64,000 nt of DNA from Planctomycetota bacterium. GTDB taxonomy: Bacteria > Planctomycetota > B15-G4. The notes below the pieces were generated by a model, which worked only from the letters and a program-made list of their open reading frames with translations, was not told the DNA's origin and did no database searches. Below are positions 10,123 to 19,151 of the stretch, in pieces. The translations under genes were made by a program, and so were the position numbers. Positions within the stretch are counted from its first letter, which is position 1; every line of letters begins with the position of its first letter. The DNA lies in NCBI GenBank assembly GCA_965248575.1, contig CBDFJQ010000002.1, positions 1,728,001 to 1,792,000 on the forward strand, read 5' to 3'.

Positions 10123-12387
10123 TCAGCCGTCGACGTAACCGAGCTCTTCCAGGCGCCGTCGGGTCTCCTCACTCAGGCCAGCCGCTTTGTCATCGGAGAC
10201 GCGCTGCCCCTCCAGTTCGGCACCGAAGCGTTGCAGGGTGTCCGCCAGACCCTGGCTGAGCGCCTCACGCTCGGTCGCCAGGTCGGTTTGTTCCTCCGGG
10301 TCTGCGCCCAGGTCGTAGAGCTGGATCGCGGTGTCCACGGGCCAACTCACCAGGGCAGCGGGGTCCCCGTGGATGACCTTCAGATCATCCGACAGGAGCG
10401 AGCGCATGAACCCGCGGTTGGAGTGCAGCTCGGAGAGCACCGGACTGCGCGCGCCCTCCCCGGTCAACATCAGGGAGCGCAAGCTCCGCCCCTGCATCCG
10501 CTGCGGGATGGGAACTCCCAGGAAGTCCAAGGCGGTGGGAGCCAGGTCCACCATGCTCACCCGGATCGGGATGCGCCTCGGCCCAGCCTGTGTCAGTGCG
10601 CCGGGCACGCGCACGATCAGCGGCACATGCAAGAGGCTCTGCCAGAGCGCCTGGGCGTGCCCGATGAACGGCTTGCCGTCCACGTCATGCTCGCCGAAAT
10701 CCTCCCCGTGGTCGGAGGTGATGATCACCACGGTGTGCTCTGCCAGGCCGCTCGATTCCAGCGTGGCGAAGAGCTCTCCCATCAGCGCATCCACCTCGTG
10801 GATGGCCCCGTCATAGAGGCGCAGGAGTTGGTCCCGTTCCTCAGCGTTGTAGGGGCGCTCGTGCTGGTCCGGCGGCTTGCGCAAGGGAACCACGCCTTCG
10901 CCCGGCCGAGGTGCACCGAACAGCAGGCGGTGCTTCAGGGTCGGTCGGTAATCGTGAATGGCGAAGGTCTGCAAGAACAAGAAGAAGGGCACGGACTGGT
11001 GCAGCTCGATCCACTCCAAGGCAGCGGACCAATGCTGCGCCCGGCGGGCCTCCACGTAGCGACTCCCCTCCTCGCTGGCCTGCACGGCTTTCACCTCCCA
11101 ACCGGCGATCGGCGCGACGGGATCACTGTTGCTATAGCCCTGGAAACCGTGGGCGAAGCCGAAGTCCGCGTCCAGATACCCGCCGCCCGTGAAGGCACGC
11201 GTGGCGTAGCCCTCGCGGCCCAGGATGTCCGCGAGCAAGGGCGTAGCGCCCGGGTCCAAGGCGTGGGCGGGGTGCTCTGCCCCGTGGGTCGACGGGTAGA
11301 GCCCCGAGAGCATGCTCGCGTGCGCAGGCAGTGTGTACGGCGCCGTGCTCTGTGCTGCTTCGAACACAAAGGACTGTTGGGCGAAGGCGTCGAGCTCGGG
11401 AGAGGTGTCCCGCTGCGCACCATAGATACCCAGATGATCGGGTCGCGTCGTGTCCAGGCTGATCAACACGAGGTTCGGACGACGCGCACCCAAAGTGCAA
11501 TGCCAGAAAGGGAGGCTCATGCCGACGCCCTCGCGGGCGAGCCCACCCTCGGGCCCCACGCAGCGAACCGCCAGCCGCACGCGTTGCCCAGACCCCAAGC
11601 TAAGCTCGCTGGCCAGCGAGATCTCCAACGGCTGCCAGGAGGCGCGGGACCAGTCCACCTGCTTGGACACCTCCGAGACGGCCAGGCCAGGGGCCCCTGC
11701 CAGCGGCAGGACGCGCACCAGGAGCTGAGTGCCCTCGACCGGCGGGAGCGACGGATCCAGGCGCGGGTCGGACACCACGTCGAAGTGCAGGGAGCGCGCC
11801 CCTTGAGGGACGTCCACCTCCCAGACACTTTCCTGCCCGGGCCGTAGGATCGTCGCGACCCGGTGATCTCCGAAGATGTTCACGGTTTGCCAACCCGGGA
11901 CATCCTGCACACCATCCTTCCGCGCCGTCGCCCAGCGACGCACCCTGAGACGTTCCAGCTGAACCTCTCCCCTCTGCAGCCGTACCTGCAGGTGCGCCAT
12001 GCCCTGGGTGGGCAGCAGCACGGCTCGCAGCACGCCTGGCTCGACCTCAGCGGGCAGCCTCGAAATCTTCGCTTTCGGCTCCCCGTTCGGCCCCTCTTCC
12101 GCAAACAGGACGGGACGTTCGCCGCGATAGGTCAGTTCGAGGGTGTACTCCCGGCCCTCGGGCAGCTCCAGGTCCGTATGCCAGGGGGCTCCTGGGCTCA
12201 CGCTTTCCTCGATCGAGAGATCGATCTGCGACTGCAGACTGCTCATGGGTGCCGCGTGGACGAGTGGAACCACGGACCGGATCCCTGCTGACTCTGCCTC
12301 GCTGCAAGCCGACCATCCCAGGCAGAACAGACCCACGACGCCGAGACGAAGCGTGGAAAGGAAGCAGATGCGGACGGCCTGTGGCAT
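10123..12387 (-). CDS. sulfatase-like (alkaline phosphatase superfamily) lipoprotein with Thr at the nucleophile position
   Basis: Signal peptide with WSAC lipobox, PNLVLISLDTTRPDHL, YTLPAHASMLSGLYP, TSDHGE, HVPLIVR and C-terminal LEELGY. Confidence 0.88.
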   Translation of the reverse strand: MPQAVRICFLSTLRLGVVGLFCLGWSACSEAESAGIRSVVPLVHAAPMSSLQSQIDLSIEESVSPGAPWHTDLELPEGREYTLELTYRGERPVLFAEEGPNGEPKAKISRLPAEVEPGVLRAVLLPTQGMAHLQVRLQRGEVQLERLRVRRWATARKDGVQDVPGWQTVNIFGDHRVATILRPGQESVWEVDVPQGARSLHFDVVSDPRLDPSLPPVEGTQLLVRVLPLAGAPGLAVSEVSKQVDWSRASWQPLEISLASELSLGSGQRVRLAVRCVGPEGGLAREGVGMSLPFWHCTLGARRPNLVLISLDTTRPDHLGIYGAQRDTSPELDAFAQQSFVFEAAQSTAPYTLPAHASMLSGLYPSTHGAEHPAHALDPGATPLLADILGREGYATRAFTGGGYLDADFGFAHGFQGYSNSDPVAPIAGWEVKAVQASEEGSRYVEARRAQHWSAALEWIELHQSVPFFLFLQTFAIHDYRPTLKHRLLFGAPRPGEGVVPLRKPPDQHERPYNAEERDQLLRLYDGAIHEVDALMGELFATLESSGLAEHTVVIITSDHGEDFGEHDVDGKPFIGHAQALWQSLLHVPLIVRVPGALTQAGPRRIPIRVSMVDLAPTALDFLGVPIPQRMQGRSLRSLMLTGEGARSPVLSELHSNRGFMRSLLSDDLKVIHGDPAALVSWPVDTAIQLYDLGADPEEQTDLATEREALSQGLADTLQRFGAELEGQRVSDDKAAGLSEETRRRLEELGYVDG

Positions 12388-12443
12388 GGTCGGTGAGTCT
12401 AACCGAGTCCTTGCACGCCCCACTCCAGACACCTCGCTGAGCC

Positions 12444-13742
12444 GTGCCCCTGTCCTTCCGATTCCGCGATCTCATGCCGGGCTTGCTCGTCGCAGCGACC
12501 GGCGTCGGCGCCGGCGACCTGATCACGGCGAGCCTGGCTGGCTCGGAGCTTGGACTGACCATCCTATGGGCCGCCGTCGCCGGTGCCGTGCTCAAGGCGC
12601 TGCTCAACGAAGGGCTGGCCCGCTGGCAGCTCGCCACCGGCACGACCTTGCTGGAGGGTTGGGTCAACCACCTTCCGCGCTTCGTGCGCTGGCTCTTCCT
12701 CGCGTATCTCCTGCTCTGGTCCTTCGTGGTGGGTGGCGCCCTGGTGAACGCCTGCGGCATCGCCGCCTCCGCCTGCATCCCGCTCTCCTTCTTGGGCGAC
12801 ACGGACCAGAGCCGCATCGTCTGGGGCGTGACACACAGCCTGCTCGGGCTTGCCCTCGTGCGCGCCGGGAGTTTCCGCGCGTTCGAACGGGTCATGGCGA
12901 TCTGCGTGGGCGCCATGTTCGTCTGCGTCTGCGTGACGGCCGTCTTGATGGAGCCCGACTGGGGCGCGGTGGGCTCGGGGCTGCTGACTCCCCGCGTCCC
13001 GCCCGGCGGCTTGGGCTGGGTGTTCGGCGTGCTGGGCGGCGTGGGCGGGACCGTCACGCTGCTGAGCTATGGGTACTGGATCCGCGAGCATGACCGACGA
13101 GATGTCAGCTCGCTCCCGCGCTGCCGCCTCGACCTGGGTGTGGCCTATGGCGTCACGGCACTCTTCGGTGTGGCCATGATCCTCATCGGCTCGCGCCTGG
13201 AGTTGGAGGGAAAGGGTGCTGGTGTGGCCCTGGCCCTGGCTGACCAGCTGGAGTCGGTGCTGGGCCCCGGCGGCCGGGCCCTCTTTCTCGCGGGCTTCTG
13301 GGGGGCGGTGTTCTCGAGCCTGCTGGGGGTCTTGCAGAGCGTGCCCTACCTCTTTGCGGATGCCTGGACGCTGCGACGGAAGCTACCCCGAGCGCCCTCG
13401 GCGACCGCCAGGCCAGCCCCCCCTCCGTCGTCGCCTGCCCAGCCTCCCGGCCCTGCACCCGATCGGCGTCAGAGCCGTGCCTACCGGGGTTTCTTGTGGG
13501 CCCTCGCGCTGCTGCCCCTACCGCTGCTGACCTGGTCCTTCCGGGAAGTCCAGCTGGCCTACGCCGTACTCGGCGCGCTCTTCATGCCCTTCTTGGCAGC
13601 CACCCTGCTGGCCATGAACACGCGCAGCGCCTGGGTGGGCGCCAAGCAGCGCAATGGCTTGGCTGTCAACGTGGGTCTCGCTCTCACCATCTGCTTCTTC
13701 GCGTGGCACGGCGTGCGCCAATTGCTGCAGCTCGGCAGCTAA
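12444..13742 (+). CDS. NRAMP-family divalent metal transporter (distant MntH-like)
   Basis: PGLLVAATGVGAGDL motif, EGLARWQLATG and about 11 TM segments. Confidence 0.85.
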   Translation: MPLSFRFRDLMPGLLVAATGVGAGDLITASLAGSELGLTILWAAVAGAVLKALLNEGLARWQLATGTTLLEGWVNHLPRFVRWLFLAYLLLWSFVVGGALVNACGIAASACIPLSFLGDTDQSRIVWGVTHSLLGLALVRAGSFRAFERVMAICVGAMFVCVCVTAVLMEPDWGAVGSGLLTPRVPPGGLGWVFGVLGGVGGTVTLLSYGYWIREHDRRDVSSLPRCRLDLGVAYGVTALFGVAMILIGSRLELEGKGAGVALALADQLESVLGPGGRALFLAGFWGAVFSSLLGVLQSVPYLFADAWTLRRKLPRAPSATARPAPPPSSPAQPPGPAPDRRQSRAYRGFLWALALLPLPLLTWSFREVQLAYAVLGALFMPFLAATLLAMNTRSAWVGAKQRNGLAVNVGLALTICFFAWHGVRQLLQLGS

Positions 13743-13889
13743 TAGCGCTGGCCCGACGCGCTGCCCGATGTGCTGATTGGTCCCGCCTAGGTGGCGGGGT
13801 ATGCTTCTCGCGCAGTGCTGCAGACCCACTGAGCCCACCGAATCCACTGGCGGGGTAAGGCCCCCGGCGTCGCGCCGGACCAGAAGACC

Positions 13890-15338
13890 ATGCTCTTCAA
13901 CTCCCTGGACTTCGTGGTCTTCTTCCCGCTCATCGTGTGCGGGTTCTTCCTGTTGCCCCAGCGCTTCCGTTGGGCGCTGCTGCTGGGCGCCAGCTACTAC
14001 TTCTACATGTGCTGGAAGGCCGAGTACCTGCTGCTCATCCTGGCCTCCACGCTGATCGACTATGTGGCCGGGCTGCGCATGGGAGCCCACAAGGAACGGT
14101 CCGGGCGAAGACCGTGGCTGGTTCTCAGCCTCGTCTGCAACTTGGGGCTGCTGTTCGCCTTCAAGTACTGGAACTTCTTCAACGACTCGGCACGCTACTT
14201 GTTCAAGGAGTTCAACCTCCTGTACGACGTGCCGTCCTTCCAGTTGCTGCTCCCGGTTGGAATCAGCTTCTACACCTTCCAGACCCTCAGCTACTCGATC
14301 GACGTCTATCGGGGCCAGAAGGAGCCTGAGCGACACCTGGGCATCTTCGCCCTCTATGTGTCCTTCTTCCCCCAGCTGGTCGCCGGCCCCATCGAGCGTA
14401 GCGCGACGCTGCTTCCCCAGTTCCGGGTCAAGCAAAGCTGGCAGTGGCTGCGCGTCCGGGAGGGTCTGACCCAGATGCTGATCGGCTTCTTCAAGAAGCT
14501 GGTCATCGCCGACCGTCTCTCGCTGTACGTCGACGAGGTCTACGCCAATTCGGCGGAGTACCACGGGCTGCCCATGTGGACGGCCACCTACTTCTTCGCC
14601 ATCCAGGTCTACTGCGACTTCAGCGGCTACTCGGACATCGCCATCGGCGGGGCGCGGGTCATGGGCTTTGACCTCATGACCAACTTCAAGCGACCGTACT
14701 TGGCGGACAGCTTCAAGAGCTTCTGGGAGCGCTGGCACATCTCCCTCACTACGTGGTTCCGGGACTATGTGTACTTCCCCATGGGCGGCAGCCGGAAGGG
14801 CAAGCTGCGCACGCACCTGAACATGTTGGCGCTGTTCACCTTGTGCGGCCTGTGGCACGGCGCCCGCTGGAACTGCGTGCTCTGGGGCTCGGTCAACGGC
14901 GTCTTCCTGGTGGCAGGGCAACTGACAGGTGGGCTCCAGGACAAGCTCGCGCGGCTGAGCGGCCTCGCACGCCTTCCCTGGCTGCGCAAGCTGTTCAACG
15001 TGCTCGTCACCTTCAACCTGTTCGTGCTCTCGCTCATGATCTGGCGTTCCACCACGCTGCCGGACATGGCGTTCAACCTGCAGCAGGCCTTCACCGCCGG
15101 TTCCGACCCGTGGTTGATCACGAAGCCCATGCAGGCCTACGAGCTGAGCATCGCGTTGCTGGCGCTGGGCGCCCTTCTGGTCTACGAGATCGCCCAAGAG
15201 CGCAAGGACAGCGAACTCATCCGCGAGCTGAACGCTCGCAGCGCCTGGGTCCGTTGGCCCGTGTACTACGCTCTGATCTTCGGCGTCGCCCTCTTCGGCA
15301 TCTTCGAGCTGAAGGAATTCGTCTACTTCCAGTTCTGA
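13890..15338 (+). CDS. MBOAT O-acyltransferase (AlgI/PatA-like)
   Basis: MLFNSLDF, LPVGISFYTFQTLSY, FFPQLVAGPIER, DFSGYSDIAIG, FWERWHISL, GLWHGA and FVYFQF motifs. Confidence 0.95.
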   Translation: MLFNSLDFVVFFPLIVCGFFLLPQRFRWALLLGASYYFYMCWKAEYLLLILASTLIDYVAGLRMGAHKERSGRRPWLVLSLVCNLGLLFAFKYWNFFNDSARYLFKEFNLLYDVPSFQLLLPVGISFYTFQTLSYSIDVYRGQKEPERHLGIFALYVSFFPQLVAGPIERSATLLPQFRVKQSWQWLRVREGLTQMLIGFFKKLVIADRLSLYVDEVYANSAEYHGLPMWTATYFFAIQVYCDFSGYSDIAIGGARVMGFDLMTNFKRPYLADSFKSFWERWHISLTTWFRDYVYFPMGGSRKGKLRTHLNMLALFTLCGLWHGARWNCVLWGSVNGVFLVAGQLTGGLQDKLARLSGLARLPWLRKLFNVLVTFNLFVLSLMIWRSTTLPDMAFNLQQAFTAGSDPWLITKPMQAYELSIALLALGALLVYEIAQERKDSELIRELNARSAWVRWPVYYALIFGVALFGIFELKEFVYFQF

Positions 15339-15403
15339 TCCTGCTCACCAACTCCACCACCTCCCCCGCTTTCATCTCTCGCCCCTATTCAAGGTAGCTC
15401 CTC

Positions 15404-16456
15404 ATGATGCGCGCTCTGTTTGGTCCCATGCTCTTCATCGTCCTGGGCGTCGCCATGGGCTATGGGCTGGATCGCGTGCGCCACGAACTCGCTCCGCCGG
15501 AGGACATCGACCTCGAGCGGGTCCGCATCGAGCGGCTGCTGCAGTACTCCGAGATCGTGAACACCCTCTCGGTCGGCAACTCCCACAGCCTCGCCGTGGA
15601 TCTCAAGGCACTGAATGAAAGCGGTGGCGGACGGAACGACGTCCGTGGCTACCACGTCTGGACCCGTGGCCAGGACCTGTTCGAACTCGAAGTGCAACTG
15701 CGCTACCTGCTGCCGCGGCTGCCCGAAGTCGACACCCTGCTCTTCGCCGTCTCGTACGGGAGCTTCCACCGTGACAATGGCGCCTCCACGGACGCCGAGC
15801 GCGGCATGGTGCGCAGCCTCTGGTACGCCTCCGCGCCGCACTACGGAATGATCGGCGTGGACACCGGCAACTACTTCAAGGGGCTCATGACCCACGGCCT
15901 CGTGACGCCCGACCACTGGCTCGGGGCCTTCGACGGTCTCAAGAAGCGGCTCGCGGGGAAGGAGAAACCCAAGCGGCTCTACGGCGAACTCATGAAGGGT
16001 GACGGCCAACTGGAGGTCGTCTCCGCCAAGAGCTTCCGGCCCCGATCCCACGAGGAGCTCACCCGCGAAGCCCGGGACACCGTGCTGCCCCGGCACCACC
16101 GCCTGCAGCAGAACATGGCGGAAAACAACCCGGACATGGAAGCGGACGCCGTGGCGTGCATGAAGCGGATCATCGAGTTGACCCAGGAGCAGGGAGTGCG
16201 CGTGCTCTTCTACACACCTCCCTACCACCCGGCCTATGCCTCGGGCTTCGACAGTGACACCAAGTCCGCCATGCGCGCTCACATGGCCCAGTTCGTCGAG
16301 ACGCTCGGCATCGAGTACCACGACTTCTCGGAAGACCCGGAGTTCACCCAGGACGCTGCCAACTTCGTGAACAGCGATCACATGAGCCCGGTGGGCTCCG
16401 CAGCGTTCAGCGGTCGCAGGCTCCGTCCGTTGCTCGAGGCCGCCCGCAAGCACTGA
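15404..16456 (+). CDS. exported SGNH-like acyltransferase partner (AlgJ/DltD-like)
   Basis: N-terminal membrane anchor, GNSH block I and a C-terminal DH motif (FVNSDHM). Lies directly after the MBOAT gene. Confidence 0.7.
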   Translation: MMRALFGPMLFIVLGVAMGYGLDRVRHELAPPEDIDLERVRIERLLQYSEIVNTLSVGNSHSLAVDLKALNESGGGRNDVRGYHVWTRGQDLFELEVQLRYLLPRLPEVDTLLFAVSYGSFHRDNGASTDAERGMVRSLWYASAPHYGMIGVDTGNYFKGLMTHGLVTPDHWLGAFDGLKKRLAGKEKPKRLYGELMKGDGQLEVVSAKSFRPRSHEELTREARDTVLPRHHRLQQNMAENNPDMEADAVACMKRIIELTQEQGVRVLFYTPPYHPAYASGFDSDTKSAMRAHMAQFVETLGIEYHDFSEDPEFTQDAANFVNSDHMSPVGSAAFSGRRLRPLLEAARKH

Positions 16457-16474
16457 CGCGGCTCGCGCACCCGC

Positions 16475-18292
16475 CTACTCGCGCAACAACCGGGTCAGGC
16501 TGAATGCACCGCTGGCGGGTACGTCCCTCATGCTTTGCCCTTGCGAACGGTCCGGCACCCGGCGCACCTTCCATGACAAGGGCTGGCTCATAGGGAGCAG
16601 TTCCCAGCCTTGCGCCGGAAGTTGCCAGCTTCCGCCCCGGAGCTCCTGCCAGAAGAAGGCGTGGGTGGCCACCAAGACCCGCCCCGACTCGCTGAAGATC
16701 TGCAGTGAGTACACCGCCTCGGGGTCGTCCTCGGCGAGCCATCGGAACTCGGGCGCCTCGCTCAGCTGCGCGCCGTCCTGCGGTGAGAGCAGCGTGAGCT
16801 CAGGCCGCTCGGGCACATGGGCCAGATCAGCCATGAGGCTGGCGTGCCAGCGATCGCCGGGCGCGAGCTCCGGCAAGAAGTCGGGCCGGAACTGGAACCA
16901 GAGCACCCCGGCGCCCAGCACGAGCGGCAGGCCCAAGGCCACGGGACGCAGGCGTCCCAAGCCGACGGACAGGCGATCACCCAGCGCCACGAGGCCCGCT
17001 GAAAACAAGATCGCCATGGGACCCAGGGCGGGGAACAGGTAGCGCGCGTGCGGCCCCTTCATCATGAAGTTGTAGCGCAGGGTCACCGCAAACACGATCA
17101 GCGCCACGCCCCCCAACAGGGCCACGACCATGGGTCGAGCATCGGTCGCCCCCAGCTCTCGCTCGGACTCCGCAACCGAGGGGCTCGGCCTCAACCAGCG
17201 CAGCACCCAACCGAAGAGCGCCAGCACGCTGAGCACCGCGCCGGACACCACGAGCCAACGCAGGGGCGGTTGGATCCACCACCCCATGTGCCCCACCAGG
17301 CTCGTGAAGACGTTGGGATAGAAGTGCTCGGTGATCCACTGATAGGCCTGCTCGGGGGGGACCCGGATGCGTTCGTGAAACGACACCTGGTGCACATCCA
17401 GTGCCATGAAGCTCCCGTAGAGTTCAAGATTGCGCAGGAAGAACCCAGCCGTGACAGCGGCGAGAGACCCCAAGGCCAGCAGCGCCGACCACAGCGTCTG
17501 TCGACGGGAGTCCTTCCAGGCCCAACAGCCCAACACGTAGACGCTGAACATCACCGGCAACAAGAAGAGCGCGGTCAACTTGGACATCACCGCCAGCCCG
17601 GCCAGCAGGCCCACGCCCACCCCCGTCGCAAGGCTCAAGCGCCGGCGCACCAAGGCCAGCGCCAGCAGCAACACCACCACGTGGCTCAGGGACGAGGCAG
17701 GGATGCCGTTGTTGATCACACCGTGCATGTACGACCACTTGGGGACGCACGCCAGGAGCACTGCGGCTAGATCGGCGATGACCGGTTTACCGGGAAAGGC
17801 GAGCCGGCCCAAGCGGTGGGTGGCGAAGACCGCCACCAGGCCGAACAACACGGACCAGAATCGCAGCATCCAGAGCAGCCGGATCTCAGGTGACACGGGC
17901 CAACGCTCGTCGTCTCCGTGCAGATACAGCAGGTGCAAGCCCGGGTCCTGTCCTTCCCAGTCCGCGAAGGCAGGGTTCCGTTTCAGGCTCGGCGTGGTGT
18001 CGCGGGCACCCAGCAGACGCATGGTCCCCGCAAGCAGGCCATAGTAGGCCGGCGGGTGATAGGCCTGGGTCGCCTCGTCCAACTTGGGCCGGCCCACCTC
18101 CTTCCATGTCCCACGAATGATGGGCAGCTCGCCGGTGTGGCTGATGTGGAAGGCGTAGCGCAGGTGGTCCCCCTCATCAGGGGCCTCGAATGCCGGCGTG
18201 ACGAAGAGGTATCCGAGCGACAGCACCCACTGACACAGCAGGGCGAAACACAAACCCTTGGGCAGCCCGCGCGACGACGCCCCCTCACTCAC
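16475..18292 (-). CDS. GT-C fold membrane glycosyltransferase (GT39/DUF2142-like)
   Basis: TPAFEAPDEGDHLRY, YHPPAYY, multiple TM helices and ARYLFP. The GTG start overlaps the upstream stop. Confidence 0.8.
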   Translation of the reverse strand: MSEGASSRGLPKGLCFALLCQWVLSLGYLFVTPAFEAPDEGDHLRYAFHISHTGELPIIRGTWKEVGRPKLDEATQAYHPPAYYGLLAGTMRLLGARDTTPSLKRNPAFADWEGQDPGLHLLYLHGDDERWPVSPEIRLLWMLRFWSVLFGLVAVFATHRLGRLAFPGKPVIADLAAVLLACVPKWSYMHGVINNGIPASSLSHVVVLLLALALVRRRLSLATGVGVGLLAGLAVMSKLTALFLLPVMFSVYVLGCWAWKDSRRQTLWSALLALGSLAAVTAGFFLRNLELYGSFMALDVHQVSFHERIRVPPEQAYQWITEHFYPNVFTSLVGHMGWWIQPPLRWLVVSGAVLSVLALFGWVLRWLRPSPSVAESERELGATDARPMVVALLGGVALIVFAVTLRYNFMMKGPHARYLFPALGPMAILFSAGLVALGDRLSVGLGRLRPVALGLPLVLGAGVLWFQFRPDFLPELAPGDRWHASLMADLAHVPERPELTLLSPQDGAQLSEAPEFRWLAEDDPEAVYSLQIFSESGRVLVATHAFFWQELRGGSWQLPAQGWELLPMSQPLSWKVRRVPDRSQGQSMRDVPASGAFSLTRLLRE

Positions 18293-19107
18293 GCCAGGAG
18301 ATCCGCGAGATAGGGCAGGCCCACCGCCATCCGTGTTCCATGCCAGCACAGCATCTCGCCGTCCACCAAGCGGCAGCGGTCCTGCAGGGCACCGAGTTCC
18401 GCTGCATGCTCTGACCCGAACGGGAAGGGCTCGCTGGGCAAGAAGACGATGTCCGGCTCTTCAGCCAGCAGCTCGTCCACGCTCACGGCCGGGTAGCGCC
18501 GCTCCCGACCGGCGAAAACGTTCAGGCCACCGGCCTCACTCAGCAGGGACGAGATGTAGGTCTCAGCGTTCACGGCCATCCAAGGCTGGCGCCACACCAG
18601 GTAGGCGAAACGGAAGGGTGCTGCCTGCTGCTCCTTCCAGGATCGCAAGGCCGCACGCTCCTGCTCGATGCGCGTTCGAAAAGCCTTGGCCGTCCGGTCA
18701 GCGCCGATCAGGGTCGCGGTGGACTCCAGATCATCCAGCGCTTCGTCCAGCGTCCGCGGCCAGGCCACATACAGGGGCGCGATGGCCGACAGCTCGTCCC
18801 ACAGCTCGGGGCGGTTCTCTTCTTCGTTCGCCAGGATCAGGTCCGGCTGCAAGGCCCGGATGCGTTCCAGGTCCGGCGACTTCGTGCCTCCCACCTCGGG
18901 CACGCTCTGGACCCACGGCGCCGGATGCACGCAGTAGCGGGTGCGCCCCACCACCTTGTCCCCGCGCCCCAGGACGGCCAGCGATTCGGTCGTGGACGGA
19001 ACCAGGGACACCACCCGTTCGGCCGGAGCCGGCAGCTCGACGCAGCGACCCATGCCATCGACAACGCGCACACCAGGAGCTGGGCAGTCGGAATCGGAAG
19101 CAGACAT
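18289..19107 (-). CDS. BtuF-like helical-backbone (cobalamin/iron) binding protein
   Basis: RVVSLVPSTTE, VGRTRYC.HP, VGGTK.PD, LQPDLILANEEEN and DGE...WHG motifs. Confidence 0.88.
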   Translation of the reverse strand: MSASDSDCPAPGVRVVDGMGRCVELPAPAERVVSLVPSTTESLAVLGRGDKVVGRTRYCVHPAPWVQSVPEVGGTKSPDLERIRALQPDLILANEEENRPELWDELSAIAPLYVAWPRTLDEALDDLESTATLIGADRTAKAFRTRIEQERAALRSWKEQQAAPFRFAYLVWRQPWMAVNAETYISSLLSEAGGLNVFAGRERRYPAVSVDELLAEEPDIVFLPSEPFPFGSEHAAELGALQDRCRLVDGEMLCWHGTRMAVGLPYLADLLA

Positions 19108-19151
19108 GGGCGAGATCCTACCCCGGCTGTCAGCCCCCGCGCCTCAAGCAG

